IMG/VR virus record: IMGVR_UViG_3300009085_000028
Location: 6,394 to 70,393 of that record
DNA length: 64,000 nucleotides
Direction: 5' to 3' (one strand)
Origin: a virus
Shown here piece by piece: positions 9,755 to 19,210 of the stretch. Every line of letters starts with the position of its first letter. Position 1 is the first letter of the stretch. The position numbers and the translations under genes are program-made. Below the pieces are notes generated by a model. It saw only the letters and a list, made by a program, of their open reading frames with translations. It was not told the origin of the DNA and searched no databases.

Positions 9755-10840
9755 ATGCGTACTTTAGCATCTATTCAAAAAATTGTAGCTATTAATCCTA
9801 TCCAAAATGCAGATAAAATTGAAGTTGCTACTGTACTAGGATGGGAGTGTGTAATTGCCAAGAAAGATAATCTTAAAGTTGGTGACCTAGTAGTTTATAT
9901 TGAAATTGATTCTATTGTACCAGATAAACCAGAATTTGAATTCTTGCGAGAACGTAAATTTAGGGTACGAACTATTAAACTTCGTGGTCAAGTTTCTCAA
10001 GGTTTAGTACTACCATTATCTGTATTACCAAATAAAACTTGGAAAGAAGGAGATGATGTTACTGATATTATTGGTGTAAAGAAATATGATCCAGAAGGGG
10101 AAGAAGAAGAAAAAATTGCAAAGGCTTTATCTTATAAAGAAGATAATAAAATTAAAAAGTATCTGCTACAAAATAAATGGTATCGTAAATTATTCTTGAA
10201 AAAGGAATGGCGTGGTTGGCCTAAGTTTATTGCTAAAACGGATGAAACGCGTATCCAAAATTTTCCAAATTATTATGATAGGTGGAATGATCGTTTATTT
10301 AGTGTAACAGAAAAATTAGATGGGCAATCTGCAACTTATTTTTTAGTTAAAGATGGATTTTTTATTTTTACTAAATATCATTTTGGTGTTTGTAGTCGTA
10401 ATATGCGTAGAGGTAAACCAGATAATAGTAGTTATTGGGAGGTTGCTAAGAAATATAATATTGAATCTATTCTACGAGGTCTAATTAATAATCACAAGTT
10501 TGTTGCAATTCAAGGTGAAATTGTAGGCCCAAGGATTCAAGGAAATAAATATGGATTAAATGAAAATCAATTCTTTGTATTCAATCTTATTTATCCAGGT
10601 ACTTCTTATCCTATCGTTAGTGGTCTAGCAAAAAATATTCTAGAAAAAGAAGGATTAAATTTCGTACCAGTTTTAGATCAAGTATTTGAATTACTTCCTA
10701 CTATGCAAGAAATGGTAGAATATTCTAAAGGTAGATCTGTAATTAATCCTGATGTTACTAGGGAAGGAATTGTAATGCGTTCTGGTGGAATTAGTTTCAA
10801 AGTTATTAATCCTGATTTTCTTTTGGAGCATGGTCTATAA
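9755..10840 (+). CDS. RNA ligase, DRB0094/Rnl5 family
   Basis: N-terminal LASIQKI..I.PI.NADKIE, KLRGQVSQG, KTDETRIQN, motif I TEKLDGQS, QGEIVG, REGIV and SFKVIN. Confidence 0.9.
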   Translation: MRTLASIQKIVAINPIQNADKIEVATVLGWECVIAKKDNLKVGDLVVYIEIDSIVPDKPEFEFLRERKFRVRTIKLRGQVSQGLVLPLSVLPNKTWKEGDDVTDIIGVKKYDPEGEEEEKIAKALSYKEDNKIKKYLLQNKWYRKLFLKKEWRGWPKFIAKTDETRIQNFPNYYDRWNDRLFSVTEKLDGQSATYFLVKDGFFIFTKYHFGVCSRNMRRGKPDNSSYWEVAKKYNIESILRGLINNHKFVAIQGEIVGPRIQGNKYGLNENQFFVFNLIYPGTSYPIVSGLAKNILEKEGLNFVPVLDQVFELLPTMQEMVEYSKGRSVINPDVTREGIVMRSGGISFKVINPDFLLEHGL

Positions 10841-10854
10841 AAGGAGATTATAAA

Positions 10855-11562
10855 ATGAAAATCGTAAATAAAATTGGATTAGAATTTGAATATTTTCTTG
10901 TTAATCCTAAGACTAATACACTGGTTATTCCAGAATTATATGATTTGGAATGTGATGATTTTATTCTATTGGGGGAAGTTAGACCTGATCCAGGAATTTC
11001 TACTTCAGAAGTAATCGGTAATTTTTATAAAGCACTAATAAGAACTAGGAAACTTGTAGCAGAAGATAAACTGGTAATGGATTTTTCAGGAGTAAAAGAA
11101 ATTACTCCACAATTTAAAGCAGAAATTCTACGCAAGATTGGAACAAAAGAAATAGCACATGCAAAGAATATATATAAAACAGATATTCTTAATCTATCAG
11201 ACGATGTTGTAGAAGATGGTAGAGTTATTACTTGTTATGTTTCCACAGGTTTGCATGTACATTTTTCTAGATCAGCAGAAGAAGAATGGGTAGATAAAGA
11301 TAATAGAAAACAATCTTCAAAAATTAATCTTCTTACTACGTCACAAATGTTTTCTATTATCCGGTCTATGGATAAGAATATTCTACCTAAACATAATCTT
11401 GGCGTAAACTTAAAGTATAGAAATCCTGGATTTTATGAATTGAAATCTCATGGGGGTTTTGAATATAGAAGTTTACCTATGTACAGTAACTTCCTAAACC
11501 TAGAAGAATTGGAAAGTTTAGTAGATTATTCTTTTGGTCTTCTAAAAAAGCTAGATAAATAG
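10855..11562 (+). CDS. Second COOH-NH2 ligase-like (amidoligase) protein
   Basis: IGLEFEYF, GLHVHFS and GFEYRSLP motifs of the glutamine synthetase/amidoligase fold. Confidence 0.7.
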   Translation: MKIVNKIGLEFEYFLVNPKTNTLVIPELYDLECDDFILLGEVRPDPGISTSEVIGNFYKALIRTRKLVAEDKLVMDFSGVKEITPQFKAEILRKIGTKEIAHAKNIYKTDILNLSDDVVEDGRVITCYVSTGLHVHFSRSAEEEWVDKDNRKQSSKINLLTTSQMFSIIRSMDKNILPKHNLGVNLKYRNPGFYELKSHGGFEYRSLPMYSNFLNLEELESLVDYSFGLLKKLDK

Positions 11563-11568
11563 TTAAAT

Positions 11569-11602
11569 AAAAAACCCCGGAGGAAAACTCCGGGGTTTTT
11601 TT
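11569..11602. terminator. Bidirectional Rho-independent terminator
   Basis: AAAAAA-CCCCGGAG-gaaaa-CTCCGGGG-TTTTTTT between convergent blocks. Confidence 0.9.
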
Positions 11603-11635
11603 GTTTAATTTTACGGCAAAAAATTTTCGCAATTT

Positions 11636-12088
11636 TCAAGCAGTAAATTCTGGAATTATACGAACAATTAAACTTTTATATCTGAACTTTAGGCAGAGAA
11701 GATCAATGTCCGGCGGTACTATGGGTAAAGTAAATACTTCTATTTGATCTAATCCAGCAATATATCCAGGATGATATTCACCCAGAGTAGATTCTAAATA
11801 GCCAAAGAATTTTACGAACCAAATACAATATTCTTCTTGTTCTTCTGGACAATTTAATATTGATATTTCACCACCTAGTATTCCATATAATAAATCTAAT
11901 CTTACAATTCTTCGTATAACTTGTTCAAATAATTCTGGATCATCCTGGTAATATACTTCTAAATTATCTGAAGTATAATCCCTCAATGCCCATAGCTCTT
12001 TTAGTAGTTCTAAATTATTGTTAGTAATGGCGAATTCGTTGCATTGGAAAAATTTGGAATTTGTATTTATCTCTGTCATATTGCACAC
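11636..12088 (-). CDS. Hypothetical protein
   Basis: 150-aa ORF overlapping the nrdJ stop. Confidence 0.6.
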   Translation of the reverse strand: MCNMTEINTNSKFFQCNEFAITNNNLELLKELWALRDYTSDNLEVYYQDDPELFEQVIRRIVRLDLLYGILGGEISILNCPEEQEEYCIWFVKFFGYLESTLGEYHPGYIAGLDQIEVFTLPIVPPDIDLLCLKFRYKSLIVRIIPEFTA

Positions 12089-14052
12089 GAATCATTTGAG
12101 CAGTACTTCTCTCCCAAACTTTCTTGGGAAAAGGAATGTGAGAAATCCAAGGGTAGTAAATTCTTTGACATTTCTTCATATCTCTCCTTGGTAATTTCCT
12201 CATAAGGCATTTGAGGATAAGCACCATAAGAAATCTTTGGTAGAAAACTTACTGCCTTTAATTTGAATTGGAAATAATTCAAAGCATTAGCAATATCTTT
12301 ACCTTCTTTTTCTGGATCAAATGTTACGGTAACTGAGACTGAATTATCTGCCCAATTTTCCTGTGCAAATGCAGCTAAAGATAATTGTTCCCACATAGAT
12401 ACTTCTTTTAGTGTTCGGATATGTTCTCCTAGACATACTGGAAATTCTACTACTACCGTTGAATCTTCTTGTCCTACTGCTGGTTCTACATGAAAACCTG
12501 CGTTCAATAAACTTTCTACATATTGAGAGTTCTTAGCAAGTCTAACTCTACGAATATAATATCTAGATTCAGGGAAATGAATTCCTGGTGTTACTCCTGC
12601 CAATAATGATAATGTTCCTGATGGTTTTACTGTGGTAACTTTTATTGACTGTGGTACAGCAAACCACTCTGAATAAACTTTATCATAATACTTGGCTGTA
12701 TTATATCCATGTTCCATCCATTCTCCTAGCTCCCTTATTCCATAATCTGAAACAAATTGTGCTATGCCCGTCATGGACAAACCAATTCTTCTATTTCTTA
12801 GCATTACTCTATTTGTATCTTGCCAATGTGTATTGAGTAATGTAATTGTTTTAGCAAATAAATAAGCATACTTGATTGTTGTTTTAAAGTCTTCTATTGT
12901 TCCGTGATTAGTTGGGAATAGTTCCACTAAATTACACAATTCACCAGACTCTAAAGTAATTTCTCCGCAAGGATTTAGACCACGTACTCTGCGATCCTTA
13001 TGGTCTTTCTCGTCCTCTCGCATTCTGCTATAAAGGCGAGCATTGTTTACCCAAAAAATTCCAGGTTCCCCATTTTTCTGGATACGTTCTGCTATGTCTG
13101 TGTAGTCCATACCTACATCAGCAAATACAGAATTATTAGATGCCCACCCATACTCCATGCGGTCAGGGTTCTTTTCGTAATCCTTTAAATCTAGGAATGA
13201 TTTATCATTAAAACCAAGAATTATCTCAGCAGATCTTCTAACATTCCCGGCTATAACTGCTCTACCAATAAGATTAAATATATCAGTAATATCTCTGGCG
13301 TCTAGCGTACTGCCAGTTTTATTTTGTAAAATCTTCTCTACTCTTTCATGTAAATCTTTCAATGGAGCCGGACCAGATGCGGTACCTCCAAATGTTTTTA
13401 TTGGTTCTCCCTCTGGCCTAACTAAACTATAATCAAATTCTAATCGTTCCCTACCATGCACATAATTATTAATTAGTGTATATAAACTATGAACCCAACC
13501 TTCTCTACTATCATCAACTACGTAGGATACCTCTTTTGAATTAGTACCTTTTATTTTTACAGAACCGGCACCTAATACATCAGCACCAACACCAACACCG
13601 CACATTAGAAAATCCATTGCATTAGCGAATACTTTTCCTGGATCTTCTTCCATATCAATTGTACTTAGGAAAGAACAATTATATAATGCCTCTGCTAATC
13701 CCTTTTCCATAATTACAGGAGAACCCATTGCCCATAAACTTCTTCCTGCCGGTAACATTTTAAAATTAAAGATCCGATCATACATTTCTTGTGCAGATCT
13801 TTGTGCTTTACCCTGTTGCCATCCTAAACCAAAATCTTCTATGTGTTGTTTTTGGATAGAATAAATTCCCTCTACTACCCTTCTAACTGTTTCCCACCAT
13901 GTTTCATTTTTACCATCTGGCTTTATTCTACTGTAAGTTCTCATAAAAACAAATTCACCTAAACCATTGAAACCAAACGGTGGCTTTTCATTTATATATT
14001 TACTAATAAACATTTCTGATAGTTTAAATTCTTGCTTGATTGGGAATTGCAT
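12076..14052 (-). CDS. nrdJ: Class II (adenosylcobalamin-dependent) ribonucleotide reductase, monomeric RTPR-like
   Basis: Motifs RTYSR, LPAGRSLW, LYNCSF, AGNVRRSAEI, NPCGEI, TVKPSGT and C-terminal CSNDSC. Confidence 0.95.
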   Translation of the reverse strand: MQFPIKQEFKLSEMFISKYINEKPPFGFNGLGEFVFMRTYSRIKPDGKNETWWETVRRVVEGIYSIQKQHIEDFGLGWQQGKAQRSAQEMYDRIFNFKMLPAGRSLWAMGSPVIMEKGLAEALYNCSFLSTIDMEEDPGKVFANAMDFLMCGVGVGADVLGAGSVKIKGTNSKEVSYVVDDSREGWVHSLYTLINNYVHGRERLEFDYSLVRPEGEPIKTFGGTASGPAPLKDLHERVEKILQNKTGSTLDARDITDIFNLIGRAVIAGNVRRSAEIILGFNDKSFLDLKDYEKNPDRMEYGWASNNSVFADVGMDYTDIAERIQKNGEPGIFWVNNARLYSRMREDEKDHKDRRVRGLNPCGEITLESGELCNLVELFPTNHGTIEDFKTTIKYAYLFAKTITLLNTHWQDTNRVMLRNRRIGLSMTGIAQFVSDYGIRELGEWMEHGYNTAKYYDKVYSEWFAVPQSIKVTTVKPSGTLSLLAGVTPGIHFPESRYYIRRVRLAKNSQYVESLLNAGFHVEPAVGQEDSTVVVEFPVCLGEHIRTLKEVSMWEQLSLAAFAQENWADNSVSVTVTFDPEKEGKDIANALNYFQFKLKAVSFLPKISYGAYPQMPYEEITKERYEEMSKNLLPLDFSHSFSQESLGEKYCSNDSCAI

Positions 14053-14085
14053 TCTACTGATCTCCTAAAATAAATTTCTCTTTCA

Positions 14086-14385
14086 TTAAAATACCTCGAT
14101 GACTTTTCCTTGTTCAATGCTGTATTCTGAAACTAGAACTTCATAGCTGGTCTGCTTCCCAATTCTAAAGTAATCTACCTGGAAGAATAAAGCAATGTTT
14201 GTGTTGTCACCGTAATCGAAGTAAAAATTAATTAGATTGGATTGTCTACCAACAGCACAGTAACTATTTATAAAAGCCCTGGCCGCAGATTCTAGATCAT
14301 TTTCAAACACAACATAGTGTGCAGGATCTTCTGGAAACTTTTCAGAAAAAATAAATAAGCGCATGTTATCCTCCATAGTTATCAA
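14086..14385 (-). CDS. Hypothetical protein
   Basis: Operon-packed ORF; GGAGG RBS before the internal Met (MRLFIF). Confidence 0.55.
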   Translation of the reverse strand: MITMEDNMRLFIFSEKFPEDPAHYVVFENDLESAARAFINSYCAVGRQSNLINFYFDYGDNTNIALFFQVDYFRIGKQTSYEVLVSEYSIEQGKVIEVF

Positions 14386-14926
14386 TGATTACCCTGTAAT
14401 ATCCCCTGAAATATTCCGGAGGATAGTTTCCGATAAAGCTAAATAAAAATCTTAGCTCTGACTTATTAAATACTTTATTAAACATCTTGTGCATCGTATC
14501 ATAATACCCATCATTGTGTGGGATGCACCACTTCGGATTTGTATATGCAGTATTTCTAACTGTAAAGATTGCTTTCTTTTTTGTAAGGTCTAGTACACTA
14601 CATATTGTATCAATCCTCCTATCAAATCCGGGAATAACATTTAACACATAAAAACAAGTTACATAATCGTATTTCTTAGTAGGATACTCTGGAAAGAAAT
14701 GTGGATCGTACCTATCACATTCATAACCTAATGATCTAAGATAGTCTGTATCCTCGCCAAATCCACAACCAAAGTCTAAAAATGTTTCTGTAATCGCGGG
14801 TCTATAGGAATTCAAAAAATCCAGGATACAGCGGGATGGCCCATTTCTTCTTCTAGCAGTATTAGATGAAACAATATCCACTGTCACACATATCTCCTTT
14901 CGGATCTTCCTTGATATACTTATCAA
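14366..14926 (-). CDS. SAM-dependent methyltransferase resembling the phosphorothioation-associated putative MTase domain
   Basis: Motifs TARRRNGPSR, LDFGCGFGED, YDPHFFP and FYVLNVI; true start probably near 14881. Confidence 0.65.
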   Translation of the reverse strand: MISISRKIRKEICVTVDIVSSNTARRRNGPSRCILDFLNSYRPAITETFLDFGCGFGEDTDYLRSLGYECDRYDPHFFPEYPTKKYDYVTCFYVLNVIPGFDRRIDTICSVLDLTKKKAIFTVRNTAYTNPKWCIPHNDGYYDTMHKMFNKVFNKSELRFLFSFIGNYPPEYFRGYYRVIIDNYGG

Positions 14927-15692
14927 AGTCAGCGGTTTCTAAAGGCTCTTTCTTTGAGAATAAATATAGCTGTTCATTAAACCCACGCTGTATCATTCTT
15001 TCTGGTGGAGTGCGGATCTTATTATCAAATTCTACAGCCTGTTGAAATTCATCTGGACTTCTTTCTTTTAGATCCTTCCAGCGTACAGCAGAAGTATATG
15101 GGCAACCAATACAAGCGCTCTTAGGTGGAACTGGTAATCCTAATTCTTTTAGTAAACGAATACAATCCGATCTTGACATATTCATATCTACTAAAGGATA
15201 TTCATTCTTTATCCAAGTTACATCAGCATCCGCCATTCTTTGTGCTTCATCTGTAGAAATACCTAGATACATATACACAGAATTTCTTTTTGTTCTACCG
15301 TGTCCATCTTGTCTCAATCCAATAATCTCTCTTATCTTTCTACGGATTGGATCTATTTTATAATGTACAGTACATTGTCTGCGTAAAGGAGCGCCACCAG
15401 AACCGTACCATAAAGGTAGGTCAGAATGATCTCTATCTTTGTCTGTTCTAATATTTCCAGCGGTTACTTTATAAACATTTATATCACGTTCTACGAACCA
15501 TTTTGAATACCAATCAAACACTTGATAAGTTTCTTTATGTTCCCACTGAGGATCAGCAAAGATTAATCCATCAACCTTTCTTATTTTTCCTATTGCAGAT
15601 AATACACCCAATGTAGTAGACTGAACTCCTAAACCCCAGGAAATAAAATACCTGGGGTTCTTTTCCTCAGTCAATGTATATACCTTTCTCAC
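14862..15692 (-). CDS. PAPS-reductase-like / adenine nucleotide alpha-hydrolase family protein
   Basis: PP-loop SWGLGVQST, FADPQWE, RQCT, GISTDEAQR, YPL, KSACIGCPY and C-terminal CDSGYC. Confidence 0.8.
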   Translation of the reverse strand: MRKVYTLTEEKNPRYFISWGLGVQSTTLGVLSAIGKIRKVDGLIFADPQWEHKETYQVFDWYSKWFVERDINVYKVTAGNIRTDKDRDHSDLPLWYGSGGAPLRRQCTVHYKIDPIRRKIREIIGLRQDGHGRTKRNSVYMYLGISTDEAQRMADADVTWIKNEYPLVDMNMSRSDCIRLLKELGLPVPPKSACIGCPYTSAVRWKDLKERSPDEFQQAVEFDNKIRTPPERMIQRGFNEQLYLFSKKEPLETADFDKYIKEDPKGDMCDSGYCFI

Positions 15693-15856
15693 CCCGTACC
15701 TACTTTGGTTCTGGTATAACCATACCTTTCAGTAGCCCCGCAAATGTAGCAGAAACGCACATACCAAGACTCATGGTATACTCCGTCTGAATATTCTACG
15801 TATTGGTATTCTTGTTGCCAAGGTGACCAGTTATGTTGGTGTTGATCTGTCGACAT
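15689..15856 (-). CDS. Small HxW...CxxCG protein (55 aa)
   Basis: MSTDQHQHNWSPW...ESWYVRFCYICGATE; fills the gap with overlaps on both sides. Confidence 0.55.
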   Translation of the reverse strand: MSTDQHQHNWSPWQQEYQYVEYSDGVYHESWYVRFCYICGATERYGYTRTKVGTG

Positions 15857-16556
15857 AATTATTTTTAAACTCCATTATAGAACTATATAAATCCCTTGCT
15901 AATTTAACAGTTGATTGTCTAGCTACGGATACTGGAACTTCAATTTGTATAGCCGCCGTATTACCACTCATATGGCTTTCAATATTGTAACCACCGTTGA
16001 AGTAAATGGCATTATCTTTTGGGCTATGAATTTTATAACCTTTAGCTTCTAGCGTATTCTTTAGACTATGTTCACCAAAAACTAAATCATATAAGCTATG
16101 ATTTTCTTCAACAGCTACAATAGAAGAACCAGCGGATGTAATGGACCTATTCATTAATTTGTTATAAGATTCGTTTTGAATATCATAGCCAAGATGAAAT
16201 TCATCACTATCATTATGAGAATGAATATCTATGTAAAGAGTTTTGCTATTTGCCCCACTAGTAGTACAATAAGTATCTAATAAATTATGCCAGGTATACC
16301 ATAACTCTTTTGCTTGTGGATTACCTTGCGCACCCATCTCAACATCTCTGTTGAAGTCCACCCTGCTTCTATGTATCTCAGAAATAATATAATACATTCC
16401 ATATCTTATCATATATGTAGCAATAGAGTAACTGTAAGTATCTCTAACTGTTCTACCATACTTTCTAAATGGAATATCTTTTGGTCGTTTAGACCCGCCA
16501 TGTGGGGCAGTAATAACTAAATTATAACTACCAGTTCCGCTAAGTAAATAATTCAT
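15831..16556 (-). CDS. N-formylglutamate amidohydrolase-like Zn hydrolase
   Basis: Motifs TAPHGG, RSRVDFNR, IDIHSH, YFNGGY and AIQIEV. Confidence 0.75.
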   Translation of the reverse strand: MNYLLSGTGSYNLVITAPHGGSKRPKDIPFRKYGRTVRDTYSYSIATYMIRYGMYYIISEIHRSRVDFNRDVEMGAQGNPQAKELWYTWHNLLDTYCTTSGANSKTLYIDIHSHNDSDEFHLGYDIQNESYNKLMNRSITSAGSSIVAVEENHSLYDLVFGEHSLKNTLEAKGYKIHSPKDNAIYFNGGYNIESHMSGNTAAIQIEVPVSVARQSTVKLARDLYSSIMEFKNNYVDRSTPT

Positions 16557-17185
16557 TTCAAGAACTCAAATATATATTGTGTATAATCTGGTGGGATAGC
16601 TTCTGCTAGTGACTTGCGTTTGGTCATCCAGGGACAATTCATAGCAATTCTCCATGCACCTAGATCACAAGTGGAGTCATACTTTCTTCTGCCTCCACCA
16701 TTTCCAAACACGCTGATTACCCTACCATCCCCCGCATGACCTTTGTGTGTAACATGCTTAGGCTGAGGTACTGTAAACCCATGTATCTCAAATACTCTAT
16801 GTCGTCTAACAACGTATTGCTTATCCGCGCCATTAAACATGCCCATACAAAGCATTATATCTTTTCGTAATGGTGATCTAACAACATTCTCCAAAACAAA
16901 CGGTTTCCCTGTAGCTAATAATCTCTGCCTAATAATGTCCACATAGTCTGGATATTCCTTTCCTGCCTGTCTCCATTGAGCAGTAGAATATGAATATGCC
17001 TGACAGGGTGGGCTAGCAAAGTAAGCATCATATCCATCTAATGAAACTGTACGAGCATCATCCTGATAGAACATAAAAGGATAATCAGGTTGGGGGTTTA
17101 TATCCACTCCCTCCACTGTATGACCCGCTAGAGAAATGCCCATAGATGCCCCACCAGCACCACAGAACAAATCTAATATCTTCAT
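16553..17185 (-). CDS. DNA cytosine-C5 methyltransferase (short phage type)
   Basis: Motifs LDLFCGAGG, SPPCQ, ENV, RRHRVFE and AIPPDYT. Confidence 0.85.
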   Translation of the reverse strand: MKILDLFCGAGGASMGISLAGHTVEGVDINPQPDYPFMFYQDDARTVSLDGYDAYFASPPCQAYSYSTAQWRQAGKEYPDYVDIIRQRLLATGKPFVLENVVRSPLRKDIMLCMGMFNGADKQYVVRRHRVFEIHGFTVPQPKHVTHKGHAGDGRVISVFGNGGGRRKYDSTCDLGAWRIAMNCPWMTKRKSLAEAIPPDYTQYIFEFLK

Positions 17186-17658
17186 TCTACGCTTTCAATA
17201 CTAGCCATAAAGGAGGCTTGCTTATACTGTGCCGTAATCCCGCCAGTATCCCCACGTTCAGATGCCTCTTGGTAAAGGCGATCTTTACCTGTCTGAAAAA
17301 CTTTGGGTGTTTCAATTTTCTGAATAAGCATTTGTGCAATTGCTTGCCCTTGCTTGATTACAACACGATGATCAGTAGGATTAATAATCTTTACTAAGAT
17401 CTCACCCTGATAACCAGCATCAATTACACCACCGCCAATAATGAAATCATACTTGCTCTTAGGCCATATTAGACCAACGTAACCCTTCTCAAGTTCAACA
17501 TAAGCACCTGTAGGAATGATAACTGCTTGGAACGGTTCAATAGCATACTGACTGTATCCAGGAGGTAGGTAGGCATATAAATCAATCCCGGCATCATCTT
17601 CGTGCTTTCTGCTAGGAAGTACTGCACCGTCTTCAATGGCTACTTTAATTTCTTTCAT
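17182..17658 (-). CDS. dut: dUTPase (trimeric)
   Basis: Motifs DAGIDL, GVIDAGYQGEI, IAQML and ERGDTG. Confidence 0.9.
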   Translation of the reverse strand: MKEIKVAIEDGAVLPSRKHEDDAGIDLYAYLPPGYSQYAIEPFQAVIIPTGAYVELEKGYVGLIWPKSKYDFIIGGGVIDAGYQGEILVKIINPTDHRVVIKQGQAIAQMLIQKIETPKVFQTGKDRLYQEASERGDTGGITAQYKQASFMASIESVE

Positions 17659-18194
17659 AAAATCTCCTTTAATTGTAGAACACTATTAAGAACAACACAA
17701 CGCTTTGAAAGATCTGGCAATGCAAATTCATTATAAGGCTGACGAATAACAATTGTATTTATATCAGCGTCTAATAATTCAATAACATTGTGTACTCTGT
17801 CTTCTACCATTAGATGAATATCAACTGAGTTACATACAGCAGGCTTATCTTTTGTGAAGATAAGATTTCTTACATAAGGAAACTTATATCTGTTTAGCCA
17901 ATTTCGTGTGGTGTCTGCAACCTGGACAGGGCGATTAGTAATATAATAAATAGAATATCTTCTTCCAATATTCTGCACCATTTCCACAAGTTCTTTACTA
18001 GGAACTTGGTTTCCGTAAAGGTGTCGTAGATTAACTAAATACTCCCAAAACTTTTTTGTTTTATATGTTGTATATATAGAAGACCAGAACTCGTGGAAAT
18101 CTACGTCGAGGTCTTCATAAATTTGTAACTCTGTATAGACAGCGTTATGCCAATTATACAAAACCCCATCCAAATCCAAACCCAAGCGTTTCAT
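17655..18194 (-). CDS. HAD 5'(3')-deoxyribonucleotidase
   Basis: Motifs LDLDGVL, ITNR, TRNWL, MVEDR and QPYN. Confidence 0.8.
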   Translation of the reverse strand: MKRLGLDLDGVLYNWHNAVYTELQIYEDLDVDFHEFWSSIYTTYKTKKFWEYLVNLRHLYGNQVPSKELVEMVQNIGRRYSIYYITNRPVQVADTTRNWLNRYKFPYVRNLIFTKDKPAVCNSVDIHLMVEDRVHNVIELLDADINTIVIRQPYNEFALPDLSKRCVVLNSVLQLKEIL

Positions 18195-18397
18195 TTGTTT
18201 TCCTTCCTAATTAGTTTCTTTGTTCCATCTTCGTATTCAATTTCTACCGCGCCACACTTTACACAATCCCGTTGCCACCAAGATTCTTCATCATAGTGTG
18301 CATAAGAATATGAGCAGAAATACCACTGTGACCACTTGTGTCTACAAAAGAATTCTTTAATTTTTTGTAACATCAAGACCTCCGATATAAATTCCAC
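18191..18397 (-). CDS. Small HxW...CxxCG protein
   Basis: CRHKWSQW...ESWWQRDCVKCGAVE. Confidence 0.55.
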   Translation of the reverse strand: MEFISEVLMLQKIKEFFCRHKWSQWYFCSYSYAHYDEESWWQRDCVKCGAVEIEYEDGTKKLIRKENK

Positions 18398-19101
18398 GCC
18401 TCACAAGACCAGGGAGCTACCCCCTGTAACATTGTATACATTGCATCAGAATAAACTCTTGTTTCATACTGAGCATGTGGATCTGAGCGTAACTCTACAA
18501 AGTGTAGAAAGTTTCTTAGGTTGCCGGTCATATAAAACATCGTGTATAAATTCTGAGGTAAAACCATACGTGCTTGTTCTCTAGCCACGCCCTGCTTTAA
18601 TAATGTCTCATAGTTGTTTACTGCATCGTGACAGATACTATGAATGTAATTGTACACAGGAAGGCCAATTACATAATCATCTTCATCATTAGTACTTTCT
18701 ACTTCGATGTAAATCTTATCAAGTTCTTGTTCTGTGCTACCCTGCTTATTTACTACATCCTGTAGACGTAATGTTTTTGGAATATAGAAATCGATCTGTT
18801 CTTCTGTATATCTACGAGAAACTTCATTGTAACTAAACGTTCTATGCCGCATAATTTGAGAGCGAACAAACAATGGTGTCCTCAACCTAAAGCGTAGAAT
18901 AACTTGTTCAAAGGGGCTATCATGTTTATTCTTCATCAGGTAATGGATAAGTTTCTTATCTGATTCTTCTCCCTTACTTTCCTTTAGGGTGGATACTCTA
19001 GCGGCCTGACAAATAGTTTGGTCATTGCCCATTGACTCTAGTAGTTCTACAAATCCTTTGTCCAAAACATTTACTAATCTTGACTCACCCGTTGCTTCCA
19101 T
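18373..19101 (-). CDS. thyX: Flavin-dependent thymidylate synthase
   Basis: Motifs HDSPFEQ, RHRTFSYNEVSRRY, EQARMVLP, NLRN and HAQYE. Confidence 0.95.
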   Translation of the reverse strand: MEATGESRLVNVLDKGFVELLESMGNDQTICQAARVSTLKESKGEESDKKLIHYLMKNKHDSPFEQVILRFRLRTPLFVRSQIMRHRTFSYNEVSRRYTEEQIDFYIPKTLRLQDVVNKQGSTEQELDKIYIEVESTNDEDDYVIGLPVYNYIHSICHDAVNNYETLLKQGVAREQARMVLPQNLYTMFYMTGNLRNFLHFVELRSDPHAQYETRVYSDAMYTMLQGVAPWSCEAWNLYRRS

Positions 19102-19114
19102 ATAACTCCTCTTG

Positions 19115-19210
19115 TTAGTGCATTGTCAGTAACCAAAGTGCAAATACTCCACCCGCTAAGGCAACCACAATACAGAACTTAGCGAACTCTATCAAAAGTT
19201 TTCTTATCAT
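19115..19210 (-). CDS. Small membrane peptide (31 aa)
   Basis: MIRKLLIEFAKFCIVVALAGGVFALWLLTMH; GAGG RBS; fills the primase-thyX gap. Confidence 0.45.
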   Translation of the reverse strand: MIRKLLIEFAKFCIVVALAGGVFALWLLTMH

